A stretch of 64,000 nucleotides of DNA from assembly GCA_963804165.1 (NCBI GenBank), contig CAWDPO010000024.1:128001-192000 (forward strand), written 5' to 3'. This DNA is from an uncultured delta proteobacterium (GTDB taxonomy: Bacteria > Desulfobacterota > Binatia > UBA9968). The notes below the pieces were generated by a model. It did no database searches and was not told where the DNA came from. It saw only the letters and a program-made list of their open reading frames with translations. The position numbers and the translations under genes are program-made. Of this stretch, positions 11,977-22,866 are shown in pieces (positions within the stretch are counted from its first letter, which is position 1; every line of letters starts with the position of its first letter).

Positions 11977-13153
11977 GTTGGCTCCCCTCGTCAGCCAGCA
12001 GACCCCGAGCTATAGCAAACAACTCGCGATAGCCTCCCATGTAGGTTTCCGTCGAAAAAATTTGCTCGGCGGCTACACGAGCCCGTTTTCCCATCGCCTG
12101 CGCTTCCAAGGGATTTTCCAATAGCCAGTGGATTTTCTCAGCGAGAGACAACGCATCACCCGGGGGCACGAGGAAACCCGTAACCCCATCTTCGATCATG
12201 TCTGGAATGCCGCCGACCGAGCTGCCGATAACCGGGGTTCCGCTTGCCATGGCTTCAAAGACCACACGCCCCAGTCCTTCCGACACGGAAGGCAAGACAA
12301 AGACGCTCGCTCGCCGCATCCACGTTGCCAACTCAGCTTGTGACATGGCACCGATGAACTGCACACGCCCATCCACACCCAGTCGCTTGACCTGTTCTTT
12401 CAACTCGGCGGCGTAGGTCTTGTTTTCCTCATGTCCCACTAGGAGCAAACGGGTTTGAAGGAAATCCTTCGCAACGTGGGCGAAGGCGTCAATGAGGTGA
12501 TGCACACCTTTGCGTGGTATGAGGACACCGGTGTAAAGAATGTCCGGACTCCGAATATCCTCATTGACGCCGGCGGCAAGAAAAGCGTCCATATCCGTCC
12601 AAGCGGGAAATTGAACGATGGGCCGTCCCGGCATCCAATTCTCCAGTTGGCGTCGAGTGGAGTCAGAAATAGTCCGAAACACGTCAGCATGTTTGATAGC
12701 GAAATGGGCTGCTCGCCGCATGAGTGAGCGATACAGCCGTGGCAGCAGCACACGGCGCTGCATAAATAAGCTTTCTTCAAAATCACCGTGGCTTTCTACG
12801 ATAAGCACGACCTTGTGTCCGAACCAATGGCAAATTTTCTTTGCCAAGGCAGCGGCAAAACCTTCGTACGGGCTTTGGGCCACAAGAACCTGCACTCCAT
12901 GCCGCGCAACAACCCACAAGGCGAGGGGGACCCCCAACAAAAGCATCTCGGCATATCTAAACGGCGCAAAGCGCAATGTCGGCAGAAGATAAAACTTTGC
13001 GTGTTCGGTAAACCAACGGGGCCCCAACTCTCCAGAGAAACCGATGACGAAGATTTCGCCCAAAGACTTTATGGACCTAAACTTCTTCTCATTGGTTGCG
13101 TCGAGCGGACTGCTGTAACGGGCGCCGCCAAGAAAGCAAACTTTACTACTCAT
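11957..13153 (-). CDS. GT4 glycosyltransferase
   Basis: Intact 398 aa; LPSVSEGLGRVVFEAMASGTPVIGSSVGGIPD. Confidence 0.92.
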   Translation of the reverse strand: MSSKVCFLGGARYSSPLDATNEKKFRSIKSLGEIFVIGFSGELGPRWFTEHAKFYLLPTLRFAPFRYAEMLLLGVPLALWVVARHGVQVLVAQSPYEGFAAALAKKICHWFGHKVVLIVESHGDFEESLFMQRRVLLPRLYRSLMRRAAHFAIKHADVFRTISDSTRRQLENWMPGRPIVQFPAWTDMDAFLAAGVNEDIRSPDILYTGVLIPRKGVHHLIDAFAHVAKDFLQTRLLLVGHEENKTYAAELKEQVKRLGVDGRVQFIGAMSQAELATWMRRASVFVLPSVSEGLGRVVFEAMASGTPVIGSSVGGIPDMIEDGVTGFLVPPGDALSLAEKIHWLLENPLEAQAMGKRARVAAEQIFSTETYMGGYRELFAIARGLLADEGSQHAHSTV

Positions 13154-13201
13154 ACATCACCGATCAGACGGAGCTCCTTTGTCGGCAGCCGGTACACACC
13201 C

Positions 13202-14234
13202 TCATCTTGCGAGATTCCATGAGCGACGGCGTGCCAAGCCTGTCAGTATCGCTGCAGGGGACAAAAGCCGATAATTGAGCTGCAGCGCGCGTTTGAATAG
13301 CAACAAAAACTCCAGACCGCTGAATCGCAACGCTTGCAATGCCAAACATCCCATTTTCTTTGCGGCATCCCATGAGATTTCATTCAGCTCTTCAGATGCC
13401 AGTGCGTGCTGCGACACGAAACGATAGTACAATTTTTCGAGCAGGGCCGCGGTCAAATGAATTTCTCCTAAACTCTCCAACTTCGTCCCGCGCAATCCAA
13501 CCACGGCCTCGATGGAAGTGTTCTCCTGCAAAAAGTCGCTTATGAATGGAGCCAGCACTTTGTTCGGAGCCTCCCGGTACTCTCGGCTAAGACGTTTGGA
13601 GATGTTTTTACCCGAGATTCTATATTTGAAGAGGATCTCCGGTGTGTTGCTAAATTCAGTGATCGCGCTCGCCCGCAACCAGAGGTCCCAATCGTCGGCA
13701 TGAACTGCCTCGGCTCGATAGAAATTGACTTTCTCGAGTATTTCGCGACGCATCAAAACCGTCGGATGGATCACACACACCCTGAAAAAGAGATTCCATT
13801 TTAGCACGTTCGGGTTTGGAGGCAGGCACCACTCCCCTCTCAGTGAACCACGCTCGTCAATTCTATTGGCCCATGTCCCGACAATTCCGATCTCCTGATG
13901 TTTTTCAAGAAACTCGAGCTGTCTCGCAAACCGATGAGGCAAGCTAATGTCGTCCGCATCCATCCGGGCGATGAACTGACCCTGCGCCATCCGACAACCT
14001 CGGTTTAACGCACCGATCACGCCCTGGTTTTCTTGCCGATACACTCTTACCCGGCCATCGGCTTTCGCGTATTTCTCGAGAATACTGGCGGTAGTCGTCC
14101 GTGGATCCGTCATCAACGATGATGAACTCGAAGTCTCGAAACGTCTGGTCTAGGATGCTGCATACAGCCTCATCGAGAAACGCCGCCGCATTGAATGCCG
14201 GCATCACGACGCTAACAGTAGGAGTAGGAGTCAT
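13202..14234 (-). CDS. GT2 glycosyltransferase (frameshifted)
   Basis: [10 protein letters not shown]...[30 protein letters not shown]. Confidence 0.9.
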
Positions 14235-14339
14235 ACCCGTTAACTCGTCTTTAAGTATCGAGCTATCGCAAGAAGAAACGGTGGCAGCCATCCCGATGGT
14301 GGCTGGCGCGGCAATCCAACCGCAATAGAGTTGACGTCA

Positions 14340-15455
14340 TTATCGAGGGATATAGAGACCGTTTCCGTTTTGCCCAACAACGACTTCCTGCGCCGTCTCC
14401 ACTTCGCTACGGAGATAGCCGATAAATCTTTCTACAACAGCGCAAATGGCATGGGTGGGCACTGTGCCGAGCGGCTGTAGTCTTCCCCGCCGTTGCATAT
14501 CGAGATACTCTCTGCTCTGACGCACCGCCTCTTCTTCTGCTAGACGATAAAGCACCGTTGCGCTCGGACAATAAAAAGGCAGCCAATTGGCTGTGCCGTG
14601 ATGAGCGGCAACAATTACGCGCGCGCGGAGAAAGCAAGCCAGATGGGTAATTCCCGTATCGGTGCCGATGAAAAACTCAGCCAATTGTATGAAAGCCGCG
14701 ATTTCCCGCGCGGAACAACCTATCGCGTTGATGATTCTTTCTTTTTGTTCGATTCCATTCCTGATTTCTTCAAGCCAATTTCTTTCGGCGCTACTGCCGG
14801 AAAGAACCACATGCATTTCAGGATTTCGTCTAAGCACGTGCTCGATCACCTCTCGCGCAGCTTGAACGGTAAAAGCTCGTTTAGGATTTGAACCACCTGG
14901 ATGAAAAACTATATAAGGCCTGTGATCCAGGCCGCACGCCTGAATGGGTTTAAAATCGGCAGTGATCGTTAAGTTGGGAACTTGAACGAGGACGGGAATC
15001 CCGAGCGCACGGACGATATTTTGAATGTTCTCGCTGTAAAGTTGATTGGTATCGTAAACGAGTGTTTTGGAATAGAGCGCCTTGCAGAGCGGCCCTTTAT
15101 CTTGAAATCCTATAAACTCGGTTCCAGAGGATCGGCTCATCAACCATCCGAGTGCCTTTATCCTAAAAGGAATTTTACCGGGGGTGGGTTGGATAATGAC
15201 CAGGTTAGGGTGTCGCATCCTTTTGACCATCTGCCCCCAACCGCTGCGCCGCGAAACTTCCATTGCCGAAATATACGGATATGCCCCGATGAGGCCCCGC
15301 AGAAAATTCAAGTTTTTCGGCACGACGATGGTGCTGTGATCGACGTACCCGGATTTCTGAAGTAATTCCGCAAGGAAAATAAACATCAAGAAATCGCCGA
15401 TAGACCCGTTTTGAAAAAGAATGGCGGTCTTGAGTTTCTTCGCTGATCGATTCAT
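14340..15455 (-). CDS. GT9 (heptosyltransferase-like) glycosyltransferase
   Basis: SIGDFLM, VFHPGGSNPKR and FIGTDTGITHLA are GT9 motifs. Confidence 0.85.
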   Translation of the reverse strand: MNRSAKKLKTAILFQNGSIGDFLMFIFLAELLQKSGYVDHSTIVVPKNLNFLRGLIGAYPYISAMEVSRRSGWGQMVKRMRHPNLVIIQPTPGKIPFRIKALGWLMSRSSGTEFIGFQDKGPLCKALYSKTLVYDTNQLYSENIQNIVRALGIPVLVQVPNLTITADFKPIQACGLDHRPYIVFHPGGSNPKRAFTVQAAREVIEHVLRRNPEMHVVLSGSSAERNWLEEIRNGIEQKERIINAIGCSAREIAAFIQLAEFFIGTDTGITHLACFLRARVIVAAHHGTANWLPFYCPSATVLYRLAEEEAVRQSREYLDMQRRGRLQPLGTVPTHAICAVVERFIGYLRSEVETAQEVVVGQNGNGLYIPR

Positions 15456-15505
15456 ATCGGCATCACTTCTTGATCTCGACTACGACTTGGTTGCGTGCGC
15501 AACAT

Positions 15506-16486
15506 TCAAAACCTTCCTGAGAGCACTCTTCCTCGCGTTGCCGAGTGCACAAGGGCCTGGCCTTCTCGTAACCCGGTATAACGCCCAACCTCCTGGACAA
15601 TTATGCTCGGTAAGCCAACCGTCAACGTGCCAACTCGTTGTCTCCACGTTGCTCCATACAGCAATCCGCGCAAAGCTTGCTTACACACTCGCCAAAGAAC
15701 TTCGCCGTGAGACGGAACCGGGAGTTCCAGAAAATTAGCGAAGCCCACATACTCCCGATGATTGCGGTACCAAATTTGCCGAAGCGTCTCATGATGATAA
15801 TGCCATACCAATGCTTGACCGTCGTGAACAATAGTGTATCCAGCCTTTAACACTCGCCACGCCCACTCCTTATCCTCTGTATAGGGAAGTAACTCATCAA
15901 ACGCGTAGAGCCGCCAAAGATCCGCCCGAATCGCCGCATTGCCATTGCACAATCCAAAATTGTAGTTGCGCAGAAACATCTCTAAGTCCTGCCGCACGAC
16001 ACGTTCTCTAGGCTGACTCATCTTGTTCCGGGTCTCTTTACCCCACACAGCCGCAACATTGGCGTCATCGAAATGACTTATTAAGCATCCAAGCCAATTC
16101 GCGGTCAGGGGAACGGCATGCGCACTGACAAAAACCAGGAATTCTCCCTGGGCGGCGCTACAGCCGATATTCAATGCCCTGCCGAAAGTAAATTCTTCCG
16201 GCCGAATCTCGATAATTTTGAGCGGAAACTTTCTGGCAATTTCGAGGGTTCGATCCGTTGATCCAGAATCCACAAGGATGACTTCAACGTCACGAACTGT
16301 CTGTTCATAGACGGCGGTCAACACCTCCCCGATTAAAGCCTCTTCGTTCTTGGCTCTGATGATTATGGAAGCTACAGGACTTCGACTTACTTTTACCTGG
16401 TCTTTATCTCGAAATGTCTGACCCACAATACTGCTAACCGCCTCGTCCAAATGAGCCGCAGCGCCCAGTGTCTTGATCATTTTCAT
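15506..16486 (-). CDS. GT2 glycosyltransferase (rhamnosyltransferase-like)
   Basis: SIIIRAKNEE, VDSGSTDRT, FTFGRALNIG, SAH, NAAIR, EDKEWA. Confidence 0.88.
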   Translation of the reverse strand: MKMIKTLGAAAHLDEAVSSIVGQTFRDKDQVKVSRSPVASIIIRAKNEEALIGEVLTAVYEQTVRDVEVILVDSGSTDRTLEIARKFPLKIIEIRPEEFTFGRALNIGCSAAQGEFLVFVSAHAVPLTANWLGCLISHFDDANVAAVWGKETRNKMSQPRERVVRQDLEMFLRNYNFGLCNGNAAIRADLWRLYAFDELLPYTEDKEWAWRVLKAGYTIVHDGQALVWHYHHETLRQIWYRNHREYVGFANFLELPVPSHGEVLWRVCKQALRGLLYGATWRQRVGTLTVGLPSIIVQEVGRYTGLREGQALVHSATRGRVLSGRF

Positions 16487-17232
16487 TCCGTGCTCAATTT
16501 CACCGTCGCTCCCCCGTCGATGACTAACGCTTGCCCGGTCATAAAGGACGAGCGCTCATCGTCAGCGAGAAAGAGGACCGCCTGCGCAATTTCCTCTGGA
16601 GTTCCGACACGCCCCATGAGATGTCGCGCGGCAAGTTGCTCTGTCAGCTCACGCACGTTGCCACTCTCGCCCCTTCCCCGATTCAGGCCTGCGTGCAACA
16701 TAGGAGTGTTTACGGCACCGGGAAGCACGGCGTTGACGCGGATGTGATCCGGTGCCAATTCAATGGCCAGCGCCCGCGTTAAAGCTACGACGGCGCCTTT
16801 ACTCGCAGCATACGCGGCGATGTTAGCTGAAGTGGCAACTGCGTGTACTGAACTGACGTTCACGATGGCACCGCCGTGGCCGCGCATGAGCGGATAGGCG
16901 TGACGGACGGACAGATAGACCGAGCGTACGTTGGACGCCATCACGGCGTCCCACTCATCAGGCGTGGTCTCGATCAGCGGCTTGCAGATCTGGATAGCCG
17001 CGTTATTGACCAGAGCGTCAATGCGCCCTTCACCCTTCGCCACTTCGGCAAAGATCTGTTGCGACGCAGCGGTATCGGAAAGGTCAGCATGGATGAAATG
17101 ATGAATACCGGGTAGCGAATCGACTTGACGCCGATCAACGCCAATGACGCGCCAACCGGCCTTGTCAAATGTTTGTGCAGTAGCGCTGCCGATCCCGCCG
17201 GACACTCCGGTTATCAGGACCACGTTGCTCAC
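16483..17232 (-). CDS. Short-chain dehydrogenase/reductase
   Basis: TGVSGGIG, NNAA, YAASKGA, PGAVNTPM, DGG. Confidence 0.93.
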   Translation of the reverse strand: MSNVVLITGVSGGIGSATAQTFDKAGWRVIGVDRRQVDSLPGIHHFIHADLSDTAASQQIFAEVAKGEGRIDALVNNAAIQICKPLIETTPDEWDAVMASNVRSVYLSVRHAYPLMRGHGGAIVNVSSVHAVATSANIAAYAASKGAVVALTRALAIELAPDHIRVNAVLPGAVNTPMLHAGLNRGRGESGNVRELTEQLAARHLMGRVGTPEEIAQAVLFLADDERSSFMTGQALVIDGGATVKLSTE

Positions 17233-18173
17233 GAGCCCGATCCGCCCAGTCCGTCCAGCAAGTTACGAATGGCCAGTTCGTTGACGCGCATCACGGCTTC
17301 AATCGTGTTTGAGCTGTTGTGCGAACCGAAGATACAGTTATCCAGTTCCCGCAATGGACTGCTCAGGGGAAGCGGCTCTTCCTCAAATACATCCAGGGCA
17401 GCCCCCGCTACTTTTCCTTGTCCGATCGCCTGAGCTAGAGCCCTCTCGTCAATGAGCTTTCCCCGAGCCGTGTTAATGACATAAACGCCGGTCTTCATCC
17501 GGCTGAACTCCCGTTCTCCGAGCATGTGATAGTTCAAAGGCGTGAGATTACAGTTCAGCGAGATGAAATCAGCAACCGCCAGAAGCTCGTCCAGAGTTAC
17601 CATCCGGACCTTAGTTTCCTGCGCAAGGGCTGCCGGAACCGAAGCAACATCGTGTCCGACGCAGGTCATTCCGATAACGTCTGCGCGTCTGACAACGGCC
17701 TGTCCGATACTGCCCACACCGATCACCCCGAGTGTTTTGCCGTGCAACGAAGTACCCCGAATCCTTCTCCAATCTCCGCTACGCACTCGTTGATTCAACT
17801 CATGCAGCTTTCGAGAAAGTAGAATCATATATCCGAGAACGACATCGGCTACTTCCTCGGCAAAAGCGTTGGGAGTATTGCACACCAGGATACCCAGTCG
17901 TTTGGCGGCGCACTGGTCGATCGCATCCACGCCGATGCCCCATTTCGAAATGACTTTCAGACGCTTTGCCTTTTCCAGCACATTGGCGGTGAAGGGGTCA
18001 TCACCCGCGATTACGCCATCGAACCGGTCAACGATATCGAGCAGTTCCTGCTCCGTCAGCTGCTGGACAACCGCAGGCAACTCGATTTCAATGCCGCGCT
18101 CTTCGAACAGGGAACGGTACGGCTCAATCGTTTCCTGCAGTTGGCGACAGCTAATGAGCACCCGGTATTTCAC
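17229..18173 (-). CDS. D-isomer-specific 2-hydroxyacid (phosphoglycerate-like) dehydrogenase
   Basis: GIGVDAID, GKTLGVIGVGSIG, INTARG, ALDVFEEEPL, GSHN; no ACT domain. Confidence 0.9.
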   Translation of the reverse strand: MKYRVLISCRQLQETIEPYRSLFEERGIEIELPAVVQQLTEQELLDIVDRFDGVIAGDDPFTANVLEKAKRLKVISKWGIGVDAIDQCAAKRLGILVCNTPNAFAEEVADVVLGYMILLSRKLHELNQRVRSGDWRRIRGTSLHGKTLGVIGVGSIGQAVVRRADVIGMTCVGHDVASVPAALAQETKVRMVTLDELLAVADFISLNCNLTPLNYHMLGEREFSRMKTGVYVINTARGKLIDERALAQAIGQGKVAGAALDVFEEEPLPLSSPLRELDNCIFGSHNSSNTIEAVMRVNELAIRNLLDGLGGSGS

Positions 18174-18850
18174 GACGATTTCTCCCGTTCCCGATACAGA
18201 AACTCGGCGACCCGGAAGTCCTGTTCTTCATCGATATCCCAGCTCTCGATTGAATCGATCTCGAACATGAGCGGCCGTTCGCCGATTCGGTTATGCCGTT
18301 TCTCCAGGTTAGAGCGGGTGAAGAGGTACAGACACGAGTTCTCCTCGTAGATCGGCGGAAGATCTTGGGTGCGTAACAGAACGGCGGGGTTGTGATTGAC
18401 AGCTCTCGCCAAGCCATCCCACAAACGGCTTTGAACTCTCGTAACCGAGAAGAGTGAATCATGGATGGGATACTGATGCAGAAATGACTCGATGGCACGA
18501 GAGATCGTCTCGGATCGCAGCAAGGGATTGGTGCTGTGGGTTTGCAAGTAATAGTCGGCGCTGACCTGCTGCACGTCGTAGAGCAATACGTCGTTCATGG
18601 GCACGCTGCCGCCGCGAAGCGACTCCGGCCGCTCGATCAGTCGGACCTGAGGAAACTGACGGCGCGCATCTTCCATGATGACGGGACTGTCCGTGTTGAT
18701 CAGGACCTGAGAGATCATTGGGCAATCCAGGAGGCTTCGGACGATGCGGCGATAGAGAGGCTCGCCGGCGAAAGCACGATAGTTCTTTCCCGGCACGCGC
18801 TCGCTTTCATGCCGCATAGGAACCAAAGCCGCAACAGAGGCCTGCACCAT
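18170..18850 (-). CDS. Acylneuraminate/CMP-ulosonate cytidylyltransferase family protein
   Basis: PMRHESERVPGKN, NTDS, STNPL, RTQDL, ENSCLY and DIDEEQD, the NeuA-type CTP_transf_3 motifs. Confidence 0.88.
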   Translation of the reverse strand: MVQASVAALVPMRHESERVPGKNYRAFAGEPLYRRIVRSLLDCPMISQVLINTDSPVIMEDARRQFPQVRLIERPESLRGGSVPMNDVLLYDVQQVSADYYLQTHSTNPLLRSETISRAIESFLHQYPIHDSLFSVTRVQSRLWDGLARAVNHNPAVLLRTQDLPPIYEENSCLYLFTRSNLEKRHNRIGERPLMFEIDSIESWDIDEEQDFRVAEFLYREREKSS

Positions 18851-18866
18851 TCGCGATCCTCTTTCT

Positions 18867-19511
18867 TCAATCCGTCGGCAACGCACGGAGAACCGCACGT
18901 ACCGGAGCTCCATCGGACCCCATCAGTCGGATAGGCAGACAGATCAGCTCGTATGAGCCCGGCTCCACGGCCGCCAGGTTTAAGCCCTCGACGATGATGA
19001 CGCCCGCTTTCATCAGGATTTGATGTGTCAGCGGATTGTCTTCGTAGCGTTGGACGGAGAGATAATCGATACCGACTAGGCGGATTCCCCGCTCCACAAC
19101 CCAACGCGCCGCATCAGCGGAAAGTGCGACGTAATCCTTTCTGAACTCGGTCACGCCAGCCGCCCAGAGGTCCGAGTTGCGAGTTTTTAAAAGGAGCCGT
19201 TGAATACCAGACGCCAGGTTCAGGTCGGCCAGTTCGTTCGCTGTGATCACACTGGCCTCTGGCAGATAAGCAACTATGGCAGGACCAATGAGTACGTCCA
19301 GAGACATCTCATCGACAGTAAAGCCATCGTTGAGAAAGTGCCAAGGAGCATCCACATGGGTCCCCATGTGCACATCGCAGTCCAGTCGCGATACGTTCGC
19401 CCTGTCTCCCGCTTCCAGCGACATCGTGCGAGTCAATCGAAACCCGACGCTATCGGGCCAGGTCGGCATGTCCGGCTTTAGCGGCAGGGAGATATCAATG
19501 ATGGCCGACAA
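18867..19511 (-). CDS. Cyclase-family metal-dependent hydrolase (kynurenine formamidase-like)
   Basis: HMGTHVDAPWH, GIDYLSV, H..L....IVEGL, DGAPVRA. Confidence 0.9.
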   Translation of the reverse strand: MSAIIDISLPLKPDMPTWPDSVGFRLTRTMSLEAGDRANVSRLDCDVHMGTHVDAPWHFLNDGFTVDEMSLDVLIGPAIVAYLPEASVITANELADLNLASGIQRLLLKTRNSDLWAAGVTEFRKDYVALSADAARWVVERGIRLVGIDYLSVQRYEDNPLTHQILMKAGVIIVEGLNLAAVEPGSYELICLPIRLMGSDGAPVRAVLRALPTD

Positions 19512-19513
19512 GC

Positions 19514-20479
19514 TTAGTCTCCCTTAACGTCCACATATTGAACGCGTCGTTCAGGTTCGTGCGATGGTTCCGGATGAGCACGCATTCTCCCGTTGGGGTA
19601 GTAGAACCGCTGCCTGAGCTGAGTGCCGATGGGACCACTTTGAGAAAAACCGCGATAGGTTCCCCAGAACTGCATGAAGCGGAACGAAAAAATGTTCGCC
19701 AGGTTGCGCGACAGCATTCCGTCCTGCCAGGCATGGTAACAGTCAGTCGCGGAGTTGGCAGAGAATAGGCGGGCGAAGTTCCACAAGTTGAAACGCTCGT
19801 GCGGAAAGACGTGCTTTAGAGCAATCGCTTCCCGCCGGTAACGGTTGTAAACACTCGTTGAAGTTTCGTCATGGACATGCACGATCTCGGCGTCGGCAAT
19901 GTAACTGATCTTGTGGCCTAGCTGCATGGCGCGCTTTGCCCAGTCAAGGTCTTCCAGACCCGTAAGGGTTTCGTCGTAGGGCAGCCGTTCCCATAGCGAA
20001 CGGCGGATTGCCGCGTTGGCATTGTTGCAGAAAGGATGATCCTGCTGCGGATTCGACTCCTTCGGGAACCATTTGGCGAAGATCTCATGCTCTGAAAACT
20101 TCGACGATTCGTTCCCCCTTTGCTTTCCGTAAACCAACGCGACTTGCGGGTTCGCAAAGGCAGCTATCAGACGCTCCAGCCAGTCCTTGTACACCGGATA
20201 GACGTGGGCGCTGGCGATCACGACGAGCTCTGCTTTGGCCGCCTCGCAACCTATATTGAGAGAACGGCCGAAGGAAAACTCCTCGGGACGAATGGAAAGG
20301 ATCTTAACCGGAAATCGTGATGCGACCGCAACCGTGGCATCGGTTGAACCCGAATCGACTACGATGATTTCCACATCTTTAATCGTTTGCTGCATGATCC
20401 CACTGAGGAGGCGACCGATGTGTTTCTCCTCGTTGTAACAGCGAATCACAATACTGCACAAAGCTTCCGCGGCCTTCAC
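19514..20479 (-). CDS. GT2 glycosyltransferase (rhamnosyltransferase-like)
   Basis: SIVIRCYNEE, VDSGSTD, FSFGRSLNIG, NNANAAIRR, LEDLDWA; paralog of 15506-16486. Confidence 0.9.
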   Translation of the reverse strand: MKAAEALCSIVIRCYNEEKHIGRLLSGIMQQTIKDVEIIVVDSGSTDATVAVASRFPVKILSIRPEEFSFGRSLNIGCEAAKAELVVIASAHVYPVYKDWLERLIAAFANPQVALVYGKQRGNESSKFSEHEIFAKWFPKESNPQQDHPFCNNANAAIRRSLWERLPYDETLTGLEDLDWAKRAMQLGHKISYIADAEIVHVHDETSTSVYNRYRREAIALKHVFPHERFNLWNFARLFSANSATDCYHAWQDGMLSRNLANIFSFRFMQFWGTYRGFSQSGPIGTQLRQRFYYPNGRMRAHPEPSHEPERRVQYVDVKGD

Positions 20480-21446
20480 GATAGCTCCCCCCGCGTGTTT
20501 CCTTGAAAAAGCAATCCCACCGTTTGATAGAGAAACCCGAACCAGTGAGCTATGAACTGCACTTCACCGAAGCGGCTCTCCTCTTTAATCATATTCCGTG
20601 CGAGCGTTCTCGGATGGACACACTGCGCGAGCAACCTCCGGTTAAGCTGCAGGGTTTGCTTCAGGAGCTGAGCGCGACCGGAGCTTCGGGCCATGAGAAT
20701 CGCTTCGGAACGGCCGTTCCCGTAGGCGCGATTATAAAAGTACTGTTTGGTCATACGATCCACAGGGACGTGATGCCGGACCACCGCCCGTGGCGTGTAG
20801 AAGACCAGCTTTCCCAGCTTGTGGATTCGCTCTTGAATCTCGGTGTCTTCATTGCCGAGCAAGAGCTGTCCTCGCCGTCCCCAGGTCCGTCGCAAAAGGA
20901 TCCGATCTCTGAGAACACTCTCTTCCTGAAGGAAAAATTCGTCCCAATGACTCTTTCCGGCCATTTCAGAGGTCGTTCGTCATCTCCCCATTCCACCAGG
21001 CTTAGACTGCGAAGCATCTTGTCTTGCAGCCATGCCGGTCGCTCTCCATCCCATATGGGCAAGACTTTCCCGCCGACCACCCAGGCATCCGCAACTTTAT
21101 CGTAGACGTCCAGCAGACAGCTAAGCCAATTTGGCTCGGCCACCGCGTCGTCATCCAGGAACGCTACGATGTCCGCCCGGGCCTTCCGGATACCCGTATT
21201 CCGCGCGTGCGAGAGCCCCTGCCGACTTTCCAAGACATAGTGAAGATGAAAACCGGCATCTCCTTGGTGTTTCCGGACAATCTCGGCCGTCCCATCCCTT
21301 GAGTTATTGTCGACAACGATGACTTCGCATTCTTCAGCCGAGAGCGTTTGATTGCGAAGGCTGTCGATGGCAGCCGGTAGAGTATCGGGACGCCGATAAG
21401 TGCAAATGACAGCGGACACGCGTGGGTTGCTATTCTTGATGGCCAT
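20476..21446 (-). CDS. GT2 glycosyltransferase (frameshifted)
   Basis: SAVICTYRR, VVDNNSRD, GLSHARNTG, FLDDDA, NEDTE. Confidence 0.9.
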
Positions 21447-21494
21447 TGAATATCACCTTTACGAGTAACTAAAGCCTCGCGGCTACCAAACGCT

Positions 21495-21656
21495 TTAAGA
21501 AACTTTTAGCATCCGTGGTGCCGATGATTGAAAGGTTGAGAGGCCTTTATCCTCCTTGAACATCGATCCCACCTCAAGCACGCGGAGAGGCTCGGTCGCG
21601 AACACAGAAGACACGTGCTGTAAAGCCAGTAAAATCGTCTGCCCTCGAAAATTCAT
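21495..21656 (-). pseudogene. Truncated class I SAM-methyltransferase remnant (53 aa)
   Basis: ATG overlaps the upstream TGA (ATGA); reads MNFRGQTILLALQHVSSVFATEPLRVLEVGSMFKEDKGLST..., where VLEVGS resembles SAM-binding motif I. Confidence 0.55.
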
Positions 21657-22866
21657 AAGCTCAAGAACTCGGCTCCATTGCCATTGGTCTGTTTCGAAAC
21701 CATTACCGGAGATGCGGTTCTACCACATTGGGTTACAACGTCTTCATTTGCTGGGATTAAATCGGCCCATCTAAGAAACTGACCGGTCAAGGCCATCCCA
21801 CGCTCAAAACTGAATGCCGGTTCGTAACCAAGCAGACGGCGTGCTTTATCAATCTTCACTTGGCAACGAGTTCGGTAGAGCTTTAATTTCGATTCATCGG
21901 GAGGCCGGACGGTCTGCGCCTTCTTGGCGAGAAGCTTCAACACTGTAGACTGGATAAGTCCGTTGACATCGTGCGGCAAAAATCCGCGAGACTTTTCGTA
22001 AGCTCTCCGTAAAATCCGAGACTCCATCGCTGCGTCAATCACACGGCACTGGAAGGATGATAGGGTAGACGATACTCGCTCAGGCACATCCGATGAAATA
22101 GATGCCGTGCCATTTCTCCCTAACAACTTCTCAAAAGCAGCGTAAAATTCCCTCCACGTAATCGCGTGTCGGACCTGAAATCAGAAACGCCTCACCGACC
22201 GCATGCGGCTCGGTGCCGGCCAAAATCAACGCATCTACAACATCATCAATGTAGACGGGGTTGCAGACGCCATCACCTCCATCGACCAGTACCAAGCGTC
22301 CGTTTTTAATTTGCTCGACTACAGAAAGCGTCCAGGGTCGCGAAAAAGGGCCGTAAACAATGGTCGGCTGCACGACAACCAAAGGGAGTGCGTGCTGCCG
22401 ATGATAGGTCCACAGCAGCTCCTCTGCAGCAAACTTGGTTTGCGCGTAGATGTCAGCACCGGGAGATTTCGGAGAGCTCTCATCCAAAGTCTCCTGTAGC
22501 GGCCAGCCGTAGACATCAACCGTACTCACGTGCACGAGCCGAGCCCCGGTTTTCAAAGCAGCCTTGGCGATATTTTCCGTGCCGCCAACAGCGACGTGCT
22601 GGCGATTCTTACTGGGAGCCTTTGAAACCATAGGCACAGTGAAAAATCACCTCACAGCCTTTAGTCGCCTCGGTTACCGCGGAGCTGTCCGTAATATCCC
22701 CTCGCATCATTTCTAAGTCGAAACGAGCGATACGCGACGCGTGACTAAAGTCGCGCACCAGCACTCGAACATTCGCGTGTTGCTCGAGGACCAACTTCTC
22801 CACCAAACGCCCACCGATAAAGCCCGTAGCGCCGGTGACTAACACCTGCTTACCGCTCAGCTTCAT
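21653..22866 (-). CDS. NAD-dependent epimerase/dehydratase (frameshifted)
   Basis: VLVTGATGFIGG, HVSTVDVYG, YAQTKFAAE, PTIVYGP, VYIDDVV. Confidence 0.88.
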
